Below are positions 1 to 8,145 of a DNA stretch of 33,035 nt, piece after piece. Location: contig JAYTHY010000067.1 in assembly GCA_043732185.1 (NCBI GenBank), positions 1 to 33,035 of the forward strand. The letters run 5' to 3'. Source of the stretch: Fibrobacteria bacterium. GTDB taxonomy: Bacteria > Fibrobacterota > Fibrobacteria > UBA11236. Within the stretch, counting starts at the first letter, position 1; every line of letters begins with the position of its first letter. The notes beneath the pieces were generated by a model. It had not been told where the DNA came from. It searched no databases and saw only the letters and a list, made by a program, of their open reading frames with translations. The position numbers and the translations under genes are program-made.

Positions 1-711
1 ATTTGGCATTTAGGGAATGAAATATTTGGGTGCGTTCAAGATGCCCTGAGCAAAGGAGCCGAATTACGAAAGCAGTACCCAGATTTTCTGTTTGACGTAA
101 AAGCTAATGCAATCATGAAATATGCAGGGAAAGGAAAGCCGAAGGAGGGTGAAGCTCCAAGGATTGCTGGCTACAACCTGGAAATCATTGCTGTATTGGA
201 TGAAGAGAAGATGGAAGCGCGATTACAAAGCAAGGGGCGATTCATTTTGGCGACCAATGAATTGAATCTCCATAATTATTCCGATGAGCAGATTTTGTGT
301 GAGTATAAGGAGCAACAGCATGTAGAACGTGGGTTTCGTTTTTTGAAAGACCCGTGGTTTATGGTAGATTCGATATTTCTAAAATCTGCACGGCGGATTG
401 AGGCGCTCATGATGGTAATGACTTTGTGTCTATTGGTCTATAATATAGGCCAGTATCAACTGAGGAAAAAACTCAAAGATGAGAAACAAACTCTACCAAA
501 TCAATTGGGAAAGCAAGTGCAGAACCCTACGATGAAATGGATTTTCCAAATTATGGAAGGGGTAGGAGTGGTGCGATTTTACGAAAAGGGCAACGTCGAG
601 CCATCAAAAGAACTAGTGACGAATATGAGCGATTTGCGGCAGAAAATTATTCGACTGTTCGGGCCGTCTGCGTGTAGGATGTATGGGCTAATTGCGGAAA
701 GTGACTTTTAG
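1..711 (+). CDS. IS1634-family transposase, C-terminal part (5' end outside window)
   Basis: Frame is open from base 1. Motifs GRFILATN, YKEQQHVERGFRFLKDP, RIEALMMVMTLCLLVY and LPNQLGKQVQNPT match the C-terminus of IS1634 DDE transposases. Confidence 0.92.
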   Translation: MWHLGNEIFGCVQDALSKGAELRKQYPDFLFDVKANAIMKYAGKGKPKEGEAPRIAGYNLEIIAVLDEEKMEARLQSKGRFILATNELNLHNYSDEQILCEYKEQQHVERGFRFLKDPWFMVDSIFLKSARRIEALMMVMTLCLLVYNIGQYQLRKKLKDEKQTLPNQLGKQVQNPTMKWIFQIMEGVGVVRFYEKGNVEPSKELVTNMSDLRQKIIRLFGPSACRMYGLIAESDF

Positions 712-727
712 GGTCTAGGAATGTGGG
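1..727 (+). mobile_element. IS1634-family insertion sequence, right end
   Basis: The transposase stop is followed by ...CTAGGAATGTGGG (715-727), resembling the GGAATGTGGG terminus recalled for this family. Left end and target duplication are not in the window. Confidence 0.7.
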
Positions 728-867
728 GTGAAGGGCGGGAAATGGAGGCTGCAATCCCGTGCGAGTTGGATGACCTTTGATTGGCCTATTCACTTGATTT
801 TGCACAAGATACCTAAATACAAAAAATGGGGTATGGTGTCCCTAGCAATGTTGGTTAAAAATAACGT

Positions 868-882
868 AGTAGGTAACCTACT
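868..882. promoter_or_regulatory. 15-bp palindrome AGTAGGT-A-ACCTACT, possible protein-binding site
   Basis: Perfect 7-bp inverted arms around a 1-nt centre in non-coding DNA. Confidence 0.35.
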
Positions 883-911
883 GGCACTGTGACCAATCAG
901 GCGTCGTTGAA

Positions 912-1006
912 ATTGGTTTCTGTCCATCTATCCACCGTGGTGAAAAACCGAAGAGAATAGATTTTAAGCGCATTTTCGAAAAGATGGGGTTCGCCGAACA
1001 TTTATT
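912..1006 (+). repeat. Dispersed non-coding repeat, copy A (inverted relative to 32941-33035)
   Basis: Ungapped manual alignment to the reverse complement of 32941-33035 gives 70/95 identities, including TGGTGAAAA, AGAGAATAGA and AAAAGATGGGGTTCRCCGAAC. Confidence 0.88.
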
Positions 1007-1206
1007 TTTGAACTCGACTCACTGCCGAGGAATGGATTTTCACCCAATACACTTCAGCATGGAAGCGAATTGAAAAGGCACGGTTTCTGATCTGTCTACC
1101 ACCAGCCCCAAGGTTGAATTTTTCCATTCAGGCTGATAACACTGATCGACTGCGGAGCGTTCCTGGTAAAATTGACGAATACCAATTTAGACCTTGGTGT
1201 GGAATT

Positions 1207-2589
1207 TTAAATGCCGTAATCGAGGCGTACCATGTAATACCACTGGTCTGGGCCATTGGTCAGAGGCATGTAGCCAGGTTGCCAGTTCTTAGTGATGGAT
1301 CTAAGATGATCACTGGCTACCTGCAGGGATAAGCCAAGCCCAGGCACTAGTTTCTTTGTACCCAGTACCGACCATTTCCAGTCGTCTTTAGTATTCGCCT
1401 TATGTGTGCTGGCTTGACCGGTATTGCCTTCACCCAATATTTGCCAAATAGGCAACTGCAGTAACAACAAATTATTGATGTTTTCTTCATATGGGGAGTT
1501 ATGGTATTCCCCTTGCACAGAAAAACAATCGAACACGCGGAAACCGGGCAAGTTGATCCCAAACATGACTGGAATGCGCTCCAAAATATTTTCATAATAG
1601 ACCGGTTGATTTTTGACACCCAGAATGGCCGCTTCCGCAAAAATCCGAAGATCCGCTGGCTTTAATCCGGACTCGGAAAAGAAGGCCTTTGGATCAAAAC
1701 TAGCTCTAGCCATCAGCTTTATTCCTTGATGGGTAAAGTATCCTGTATCACCAGATACAGTATCGGTTCTGTCCCTAAGCAAGTGATTCCCTGAAGGTGT
1801 CACAACATAGGCATTGTATTCTGTCTTAGGCGCTAGACGACTGGTTTTTGCTAAAAGGTGGTTGAAAGACACGCCCATGCCTAGGTCCAGGGGAGCCGAC
1901 TTGAACCCTAAAAGGATCGAGGGTGTAAAATCAAAATACGGCGCAAAATCTCTTTCCATAAACAAAGTCACATCTTGGGTAAATCGCCCTCCGGTCAAAT
2001 TCATATGGGCGTGGATGCCATGTGCAAAATAGGAAGCAGAGTTAACTATCCCCCAGCCGCCGTTCCAAACAAATCCAGGATAAGTACCGCTGCGGAAAAG
2101 GTATTCTCCTAAATTAGGGGCATCGGGATTGTACTTGAAGGGGAAGAGTCCCAATTTGAAATAGTTATCCCCCGATGTTTTTCCCAGCATGTATTTTGCC
2201 GATGCCTCGGTGATGCCCGGACCGAATTTAAGCAGATTATCTTCTGTAGCATTCAGCTTTCGTGGAAAGGAATACCAAAACATCCCTCCCACTCCCGCCT
2301 TTAAATACAGTTTCTCTTTGACAATGGCGGACTCTGTTATCCCAATGGATAATCGTTGCAAGAAAGCCATATCCACATCCACTTTGGATTGTCCGGCTTT
2401 GGAATCCCAATCTTCGCCTTTTACAATTTGACCCATCTCAATGCCCATGCCGATGCTGGTGGGCTTTCTAACTATTGTGGCATCATTCTCAGCTGCCAAG
2501 GTTCTGACAGGAATAAATACCGCCAAACCTGCCAGCCCCAGTCCGGCAAAAACCATTCGCATGCGCTTATGTTTGAGCGTTAACTGCAT
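1207..2589 (-). CDS. Uncharacterised outer-membrane (probable beta-barrel) protein, paralog 2
   Basis: Signal peptide, alternating hydrophobic strands, C-terminal YYMVRLDYGI, and clear paralogy to 2600-4108. Start moved from TTG 2610 to ATG 2589 (AAGGCGGG upstream, no overlap). Confidence 0.8.
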   Translation of the reverse strand: MQLTLKHKRMRMVFAGLGLAGLAVFIPVRTLAAENDATIVRKPTSIGMGIEMGQIVKGEDWDSKAGQSKVDVDMAFLQRLSIGITESAIVKEKLYLKAGVGGMFWYSFPRKLNATEDNLLKFGPGITEASAKYMLGKTSGDNYFKLGLFPFKYNPDAPNLGEYLFRSGTYPGFVWNGGWGIVNSASYFAHGIHAHMNLTGGRFTQDVTLFMERDFAPYFDFTPSILLGFKSAPLDLGMGVSFNHLLAKTSRLAPKTEYNAYVVTPSGNHLLRDRTDTVSGDTGYFTHQGIKLMARASFDPKAFFSESGLKPADLRIFAEAAILGVKNQPVYYENILERIPVMFGINLPGFRVFDCFSVQGEYHNSPYEENINNLLLLQLPIWQILGEGNTGQASTHKANTKDDWKWSVLGTKKLVPGLGLSLQVASDHLRSITKNWQPGYMPLTNGPDQWYYMVRLDYGI

Positions 2590-2599
2590 CAGGCCCGCC

Positions 2600-4108
2600 T
2601 TAAATCCCAAACTCGAGGCGGATGAAGTAATACCATTCTTTGGGTACGGAAACGACGGACACTTGGCTCAGCTTGCCACGCCAATCCTGCAAACGCAGGT
2701 GATCGCTGGCTACTTGCAGATGCACGGAAGCGTGCCCGGGAATCAAGGAACGCTTGGCGTACACCGACCAGCGAACATTATCCCGCTTAGCCAAATCGCC
2801 ATAAGTCGGGTCCTCAAACCAGGCTGGAATAATGGTCTTTTGAAAGTTTTCCAGTGAGTTGAAGTATTTGGAATTGTAATACTCACCTTGTACGCACAGC
2901 CTGTCCAAAAGCCCCCAGGTGGGAACATCGATTCCAGCCATAATGGGTATTCGATTGAGCGGGTTTTCATAATAATAAGGTTGGTTTTCAACTCCCAGCA
3001 TCGCTAGCTCGGCAAAAAGGCGGAAATCCAAGCCCGTCATTTCCTTGAAATCCAATGACATGTTGGCCATGAGCTTGATGCCTTTGAAGGTCATGTAATG
3101 GTTTGTGCGGGCATAGCGAAATTGGTCGGTCTCGACAAATAATCTTGGATTGGCGATATACGCTGCATCGTCTTTTGTCATGGAAAGAGCATGTGTAGCA
3201 GTATCGGTAAACAGTTTTTCCTCAGTGGGATTCCCGCTATTGGCATCCGTCAATAGATTGAGTTGGGCTTCGAGCCCACTGCGGGGACCAGCCGGAGATG
3301 CAAGAATAGTGTCACCGGTAAGGTTGGAACGTCCGCCTACCGTAGCCGGCAAATAATCAAACTTCACATAATTGCTCAGCGGTGATTTGGGATGTAGTTG
3401 GCTGGGCCGAATTGCCAGATAATGGTTGAAAGAAGCACCGCCGCCCACCTGGAACATTCCTTTCTTGAATGAAACCAAGTAGGTGGGAGTGAAATCGAAA
3501 AACGGAGCAAAATCCCTTTCCATAAAGAGGGTGATGTCATGAGACAAGGCACCACCCAGATTTTCGAAATGAAAGCGGGCCCCTTGCGCATTGTAGCTGG
3601 CGCTATTCACAATTTGCCAATCGCCCGTCAACAAATATCCGGGATAGGTCCCAGAACGAAACAGGTATTCACCCAGATTGACCGCCATGGGATTGTACTT
3701 CATGGGAAAATATCCGACTTGCAAATACTTATGGGAGGATTCTGGATCCCCGAATGTGTAGGTACCGGAAGCGACCGAGATACCCGGACCAAACTTAGTT
3801 CCTTGCGTCCACCATTGACCCTCCGATTCCGGAAAGCCATACCAGAAAAGTCCACCCACACCAATCTTAACTTCCAAATTCTTTTCAATGATAGCCGTGT
3901 GTGTGAGGCCGACACTCGTTCGCGGAATGACAATACGGTCTATCATTTGCCTGTTCTCATAGTACGTTCCGTTCCACACCTGACCGAATTCAATCCCCAT
4001 TCCAAAGGAAACTGGCTTCCACTCTACTTTTACGGGCTCCTCGCCTTGGCAGATTTGAGCTAAGGCTAAGCAGCCCATACACCACAATGAAACAGGGTTC
4101 AAACGCAT
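2600..4108 (-). CDS. Uncharacterised outer-membrane (probable beta-barrel) protein, paralog 1
   Basis: Signal peptide and C-terminal YYFIRLEFGI. Shares NLGEYLFRSGTYPG, TLFMERDFAPxFDFTP, GIKLMA and LQVASDHLR with the neighbouring gene. Confidence 0.8.
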   Translation of the reverse strand: MRLNPVSLWCMGCLALAQICQGEEPVKVEWKPVSFGMGIEFGQVWNGTYYENRQMIDRIVIPRTSVGLTHTAIIEKNLEVKIGVGGLFWYGFPESEGQWWTQGTKFGPGISVASGTYTFGDPESSHKYLQVGYFPMKYNPMAVNLGEYLFRSGTYPGYLLTGDWQIVNSASYNAQGARFHFENLGGALSHDITLFMERDFAPFFDFTPTYLVSFKKGMFQVGGGASFNHYLAIRPSQLHPKSPLSNYVKFDYLPATVGGRSNLTGDTILASPAGPRSGLEAQLNLLTDANSGNPTEEKLFTDTATHALSMTKDDAAYIANPRLFVETDQFRYARTNHYMTFKGIKLMANMSLDFKEMTGLDFRLFAELAMLGVENQPYYYENPLNRIPIMAGIDVPTWGLLDRLCVQGEYYNSKYFNSLENFQKTIIPAWFEDPTYGDLAKRDNVRWSVYAKRSLIPGHASVHLQVASDHLRLQDWRGKLSQVSVVSVPKEWYYFIRLEFGI

Positions 4109-4139
4109 TATGAAAGCCTTTCAAGAAATGGAAATGAAG

Positions 4140-4163
4140 TTGTACTTATACTTGTACTTGTAC
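4140..4163. repeat. Hexamer tandem repeat (TTRTAC)x4
   Basis: TTGTAC TTATAC TTGTAC TTGTAC, about 30 bp upstream of the 4108 start codon. Confidence 0.75.
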
Positions 4164-4183
4164 TAAAGGATTGTCGACGCAGA

Positions 4184-4219
4184 TTGCACCGGGAACCCAC
4201 TTCGCAGGCTCCGGTACAA
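4184..4219 (-). other. Intra-operon RNA stem-loop after the ThuA-like gene
   Basis: Minus-strand RNA UUGUACCGG-AGCCUGC-GAA-GUGGGUU-C-CCGGUGCAA pairs almost fully using G-U pairs that work only on this strand. No U-tract follows. Confidence 0.6.
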
Positions 4220-4237
4220 CTTTTCACATCCTATGAC

Positions 4238-5323
4238 TTAAAGCACCGAAACCTTTTGCACCCGATCCCCCACCGAGGTCTGGATTTTTACCCAGTACAT
4301 GCCGGAATGGAAGCGATTGGAAAAATCATACAGGTGGGCCTGGGTACCGGATTCCTTAGCCAGGATTCTACCAGATAGGCTGGTTATTATGATGGAATGC
4401 GGTGCATTCTTGGTGAAGTTTACTGTAAAACCTCCACGAGTGTTCTTGAGGGTCGATGCGGAAATCGCAATGTCATCGGCCAAGGAAACACCGACGATTT
4501 CAGCAGCGGGTCCTGCCGTCCATTTAAGGGCCCCGGCAAAATGCTTAGCCATATTGGGATCCTGGAGAATCCCGGCAGTATGACCTATTGCTGTCATAAA
4601 CAGACGGGCTTTTTTGGCAGTGCTTCTCCAAGAAAAACTCCATACCGGATTCGCAACGTCTTTATTGAGATAGACAACTGTATTTATGCCAGCTTGCGTG
4701 GATGTATATGGATTGATCTTCCAGTTGTAATTTTCATCGTTGTATTTCCAAGTGGCTAAATTCACGCCTTGCAACATGATATCATCCGCTGCAATCCCTT
4801 TCCCTGTTGGTAAATTCGTTGCCGCAGTGTAAGTAACCATTCCCATCCATGCCCCGGAATATTCCCCGACTATCCAGTCCGTGTACCATTTCCACGTACT
4901 CGTGGACTGATCTGTGGCACCGTGCCATCCATAGACACCACCTTGGCTCTTGCCATCGGTTCCAGTAAATGATTCGACGTACCATTGGAAAGCCGCCTGC
5001 TGGGATGTATTCAAAATCTTTGGCAACTGTGTACAGTTGTTCAAAATAATCATATCGTAATTGGCCAAATTCGCCTGCGTGAACGGGGTGCCATCCGTTA
5101 CGTGGGTGATGGTAAAGCCACTGTCCAAAGCAAACTTATTCATCATGGTTATACCATAGGGTATTGCATCATGGAAATGGCCCGCTGCTTGGTCAAGCTG
5201 AAGGGCTTTGAAGCCGCGTGTGTTCGCGCCCATTCTCCATTTAGCGCCTACTTGTGATACCGCCGGAATCGCCAAAAGGGCGGCCAGCAAGGTTGTTTTA
5301 ATCATGTTCACCTTCATCTTCAT
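4238..5323 (-). CDS. Secreted ThuA-like (class I glutamine amidotransferase-like) domain protein with T9SS type A-like CTD
   Basis: ThuA-type motifs HFHDAIPYG, QQAAFQWYVE, GGVYGWHGATD, WKYNDENYNW, FMTAIGHT. Tail SLSGR...SGMYWVKI. AAGGAG RBS supports ATG 5323. Confidence 0.82.
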   Translation of the reverse strand: MKMKVNMIKTTLLAALLAIPAVSQVGAKWRMGANTRGFKALQLDQAAGHFHDAIPYGITMMNKFALDSGFTITHVTDGTPFTQANLANYDMIILNNCTQLPKILNTSQQAAFQWYVESFTGTDGKSQGGVYGWHGATDQSTSTWKWYTDWIVGEYSGAWMGMVTYTAATNLPTGKGIAADDIMLQGVNLATWKYNDENYNWKINPYTSTQAGINTVVYLNKDVANPVWSFSWRSTAKKARLFMTAIGHTAGILQDPNMAKHFAGALKWTAGPAAEIVGVSLADDIAISASTLKNTRGGFTVNFTKNAPHSIIITSLSGRILAKESGTQAHLYDFSNRFHSGMYWVKIQTSVGDRVQKVSVL

Positions 5324-5418
5324 CTTTGTACTCCTTTTTATTTTCATTTTAACCCCCAAATGAATCGCTACTACCTCTTTATGGACACCCATCAACTCTG
5401 CAAAACAGACACCGCTGA

Positions 5419-7302
5419 CTAGAAAACTGTGACATGTTTTACGGTCCCGCCTTCTTGACCAACGATTCGGACAAGATATAGCCCTGGACGAATATTTGAC
5501 ACAATTGTAACCTCATCCAAATTTTTTGGCTGGTCAAATACTACTCTGCCAGCAATATCTAAGATTTGTAAACTGTGGGAACCGGGCATTCCTAATTGAA
5601 TGCGCAAGATACGACCCTCACTGCGCACAATATGATCCGGTAGCGTTGCAATTGTGATTTTATTACTCACCGTTGCCGAACACATTTCTGGCACAGTATC
5701 ATTGGCTGCGGCATCGTAATTGGGATCCCCTTTGACCGTGCAGCCTGGAACCGGTACTGTACCTGGACCGAATTGATTCAAGGTATAAAAAGCCTTGGTG
5801 TCAAAAACCGTTGCTCCCGTGCTTGATTTCACAGCTGCGACATCAAACGTCACGGTGTAACCAATACCAACCAGCTTGGTCCCAACGAATTTTATAGTTC
5901 CGGTAGACAAGTCACCGGCTGCGAATTCCAAATGCACAATTTTGTTCTGGGTATCGCTCACCTTTGCCGATAGCACCGTAAGTGTCCGCAAGGCGCTCTT
6001 GGCGCCAGCGCCATAACTTTCCGCAGGAACACGGGTATAGGTCTCCACTTTGTAATTCGCAGGAAGGATTGCCAAGGCAGGAATGACAGGTAGCGTAAAC
6101 TCAATATCAAACCCATTACTTCCCGTGCTGCGGATCGCAAGGATATCATAACCGAATTTTCCATTCAGCTCCAATTTGGCAATGGCCCCCAAGGTTGGGC
6201 CAGCCACCCACCACCCGCCGGCACAGGCATAATATACCGTGGAGAGATCGGGTCCCAGTATAATGCGCTGGGAATGCGCACCACTGTAGGGCGCAGCCTT
6301 AGGAGTGCTTCCGAAATCAAAGGTGCAAGCCTGCAATTCTCCATTAATACGCTCCATGGAATAGCGGTTGATGCCACCGTAAGTATGTTCCGCAACTAAC
6401 AATTGTCCTTTAAAGGGTCCCTTCTTTAGGTAGACGCCTTCACCCGGCGAATTGCTGGCGTCGCCCTGCGGCATATAGGCCATGGGCGGCTGTTCCACCT
6501 CGGTTTGTACTGAACCATAGGTGTGTCCATAATAGCCGCCTGGTCTAAGCTGAATCAGTTTGTTATCCGGCATCCAATCGCCTTGTACATCCACGGTGAA
6601 GATCCCGTTCCAAGGGCCCAGCCAGGTGGTTTCATTGGTGCGCATACCATGGGCCATGATTTCATACTTCTTCGTCACCGGATCCAGTCGGAACCAAGCC
6701 CCCCGCTCTGTTGGGGGCCAATGCTGATAGTTGAAGGCAACGCCCTTATACCCATTGGAAAGCATGGAGGTAACATTGAAATTCCAGTACCCATTTTGGA
6801 ATACAAGTCCGCCTGGCCAGGAATGCCACATGTATCCGTCACCGGCTCCCCAACCTTTCGCGAAAAGTTCATGCTTCCACACTCCACCCGCACTCGTAAC
6901 TTTCCAGATTTCAGTTCCTAAATCCCCTTTTTCATGCAGGTAGATGGCGCCGTCCTTGACCCACACGCCCATGGGCTGGGCTAATCCAGTCACTATGGTT
7001 TGGCGCTTGACGTCCGTGGGACCCGTTGCCTTCAAAACGCCAGTCAAGAGATGCAATGCGCCGTTACGGGTGGGTAGCTTTTCGCCATTCGATACGCCCC
7101 CAAACTCAGCCACCACAAGTGTGTCAGTGCCTAACCACCCCAGCCCGGTAACACTTTGGGGCAGCCAATCCACGGCTCGCAGGTTCACAAGGTTGTAATC
7201 GGGATGAACCATATCGGGTGCCGCTGCCGCAATTGAATTCAAAACCAAACATAGGGCGCACAATAACCATGGGCCATTCCGATGGTGAACTCGCTGCATC
7301 AA
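5419..7302 (-). CDS. Secreted beta-propeller protein (glucose/sorbosone dehydrogenase-like fold) with Cys linker and T9SS-like CTD
   Basis: Signal peptide. HPDYNL, GMRTNE, DVQGDWMPDNKL, YGH, SNSPGE, GPFKGQLLV and FDIEFT are shared with 18501-20294. Tail DIAGR...PGLYLVRI. Confidence 0.75.
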   Translation of the reverse strand: MMQRVHHRNGPWLLCALCLVLNSIAAAAPDMVHPDYNLVNLRAVDWLPQSVTGLGWLGTDTLVVAEFGGVSNGEKLPTRNGALHLLTGVLKATGPTDVKRQTIVTGLAQPMGVWVKDGAIYLHEKGDLGTEIWKVTSAGGVWKHELFAKGWGAGDGYMWHSWPGGLVFQNGYWNFNVTSMLSNGYKGVAFNYQHWPPTERGAWFRLDPVTKKYEIMAHGMRTNETTWLGPWNGIFTVDVQGDWMPDNKLIQLRPGGYYGHTYGSVQTEVEQPPMAYMPQGDASNSPGEGVYLKKGPFKGQLLVAEHTYGGINRYSMERINGELQACTFDFGSTPKAAPYSGAHSQRIILGPDLSTVYYACAGGWWVAGPTLGAIAKLELNGKFGYDILAIRSTGSNGFDIEFTLPVIPALAILPANYKVETYTRVPAESYGAGAKSALRTLTVLSAKVSDTQNKIVHLEFAAGDLSTGTIKFVGTKLVGIGYTVTFDVAAVKSSTGATVFDTKAFYTLNQFGPGTVPVPGCTVKGDPNYDAAANDTVPEMCSATVSNKITIATLPDHIVRSEGRILRIQLGMPGSHSLQILDIAGRVVFDQPKNLDEVTIVSNIRPGLYLVRIVGQEGGTVKHVTVF

Positions 7303-7920
7303 TCCCTCATTCCTAAACCGCCTCGAATCCGATTTGTGTTCAGAATTATCAAATAATAAATATTAATCTGTAATATAACGCAGAATAGCTTTTCAAGTTG
7401 TAAAAACTGTAATAAGCACCATTTTTTAAATATATCCGTATTTTTAGTGAATTTAGCCGGTTGGTCCCACATTGCGAGGACCCATTTCCAAATTTTTTTC
7501 ATACAGACTCTAACCACCAACGCCGCTCAATTCTTAAATCAGGGCCGTGCCTGGAAAGGGCTTTGTTTCCCAAGGGAAAGCGGTCTAGACCTTTATTCTA
7601 AACAGCCACAGTCTTGGTTCTAACCTAGACTCAATTGCTGCGATGGGTATAAGGCGATATCGAAAAAGAACGCGTGACGAATAGGACTGATGTGCCGCAG
7701 AACCTTATTCGACTGGGCGGGCCGATCGCGTGTACGAGGCATGGACAAATTGCGGAAATCGCATCATTTCATGTGTTCTTACTTTTTGCTATTTTTAATA
7801 TTTTTTTCTTATTTAAACCTTTTTACCTCAACCCAACAATCGATCGCTTGGAACCTCCCCAATGCTTGCCAGTATACCGACTATATTTACGCACCCCACC
7901 ACCCAAGGAAAGCGATATCC

Positions 7921-8142
7921 ATGCCTGCCCCCCTACCCAATACCAAAGCCGGAATCCGTACCGAGATAACCCAATACGCGGATGGATTGAACTGTTTTTC
8001 CAGCAGCGTAAAACGAGGGAAGATGGATAAACTTTTTGAAAGTCTTGGCAAGGATCTGTCGAGTTGCCCGGATAAACCGGCCTTGGTCAAAGCGTTAACG
8101 ACCAAGTACCGCGCTGAAGTTGATAAAATCGTTTCTGGCTAA
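7921..8142 (+). CDS. Small hypothetical protein (73 aa)
   Basis: ATG 7921 with AAGGAA upstream. The upstream extension of the listed 150-aa ORF runs through AT-rich, promoter-like DNA. Confidence 0.55.
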   Translation: MPAPLPNTKAGIRTEITQYADGLNCFSSSVKRGKMDKLFESLGKDLSSCPDKPALVKALTTKYRAEVDKIVSG

Positions 8143-8145
8143 CGA

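Noticed and set aside
7299..7520. 73-aa minus-strand ORF upstream of the propeller gene
   Set aside because: AT-rich, promoter-like composition with no RBS or family signal.
7678..7715. Hammerhead ribozyme (CTGATG...GAA inside a stem)
   Set aside because: The core reads CUGAUGU rather than CUGANGA, with no GAAA or proper stem II.
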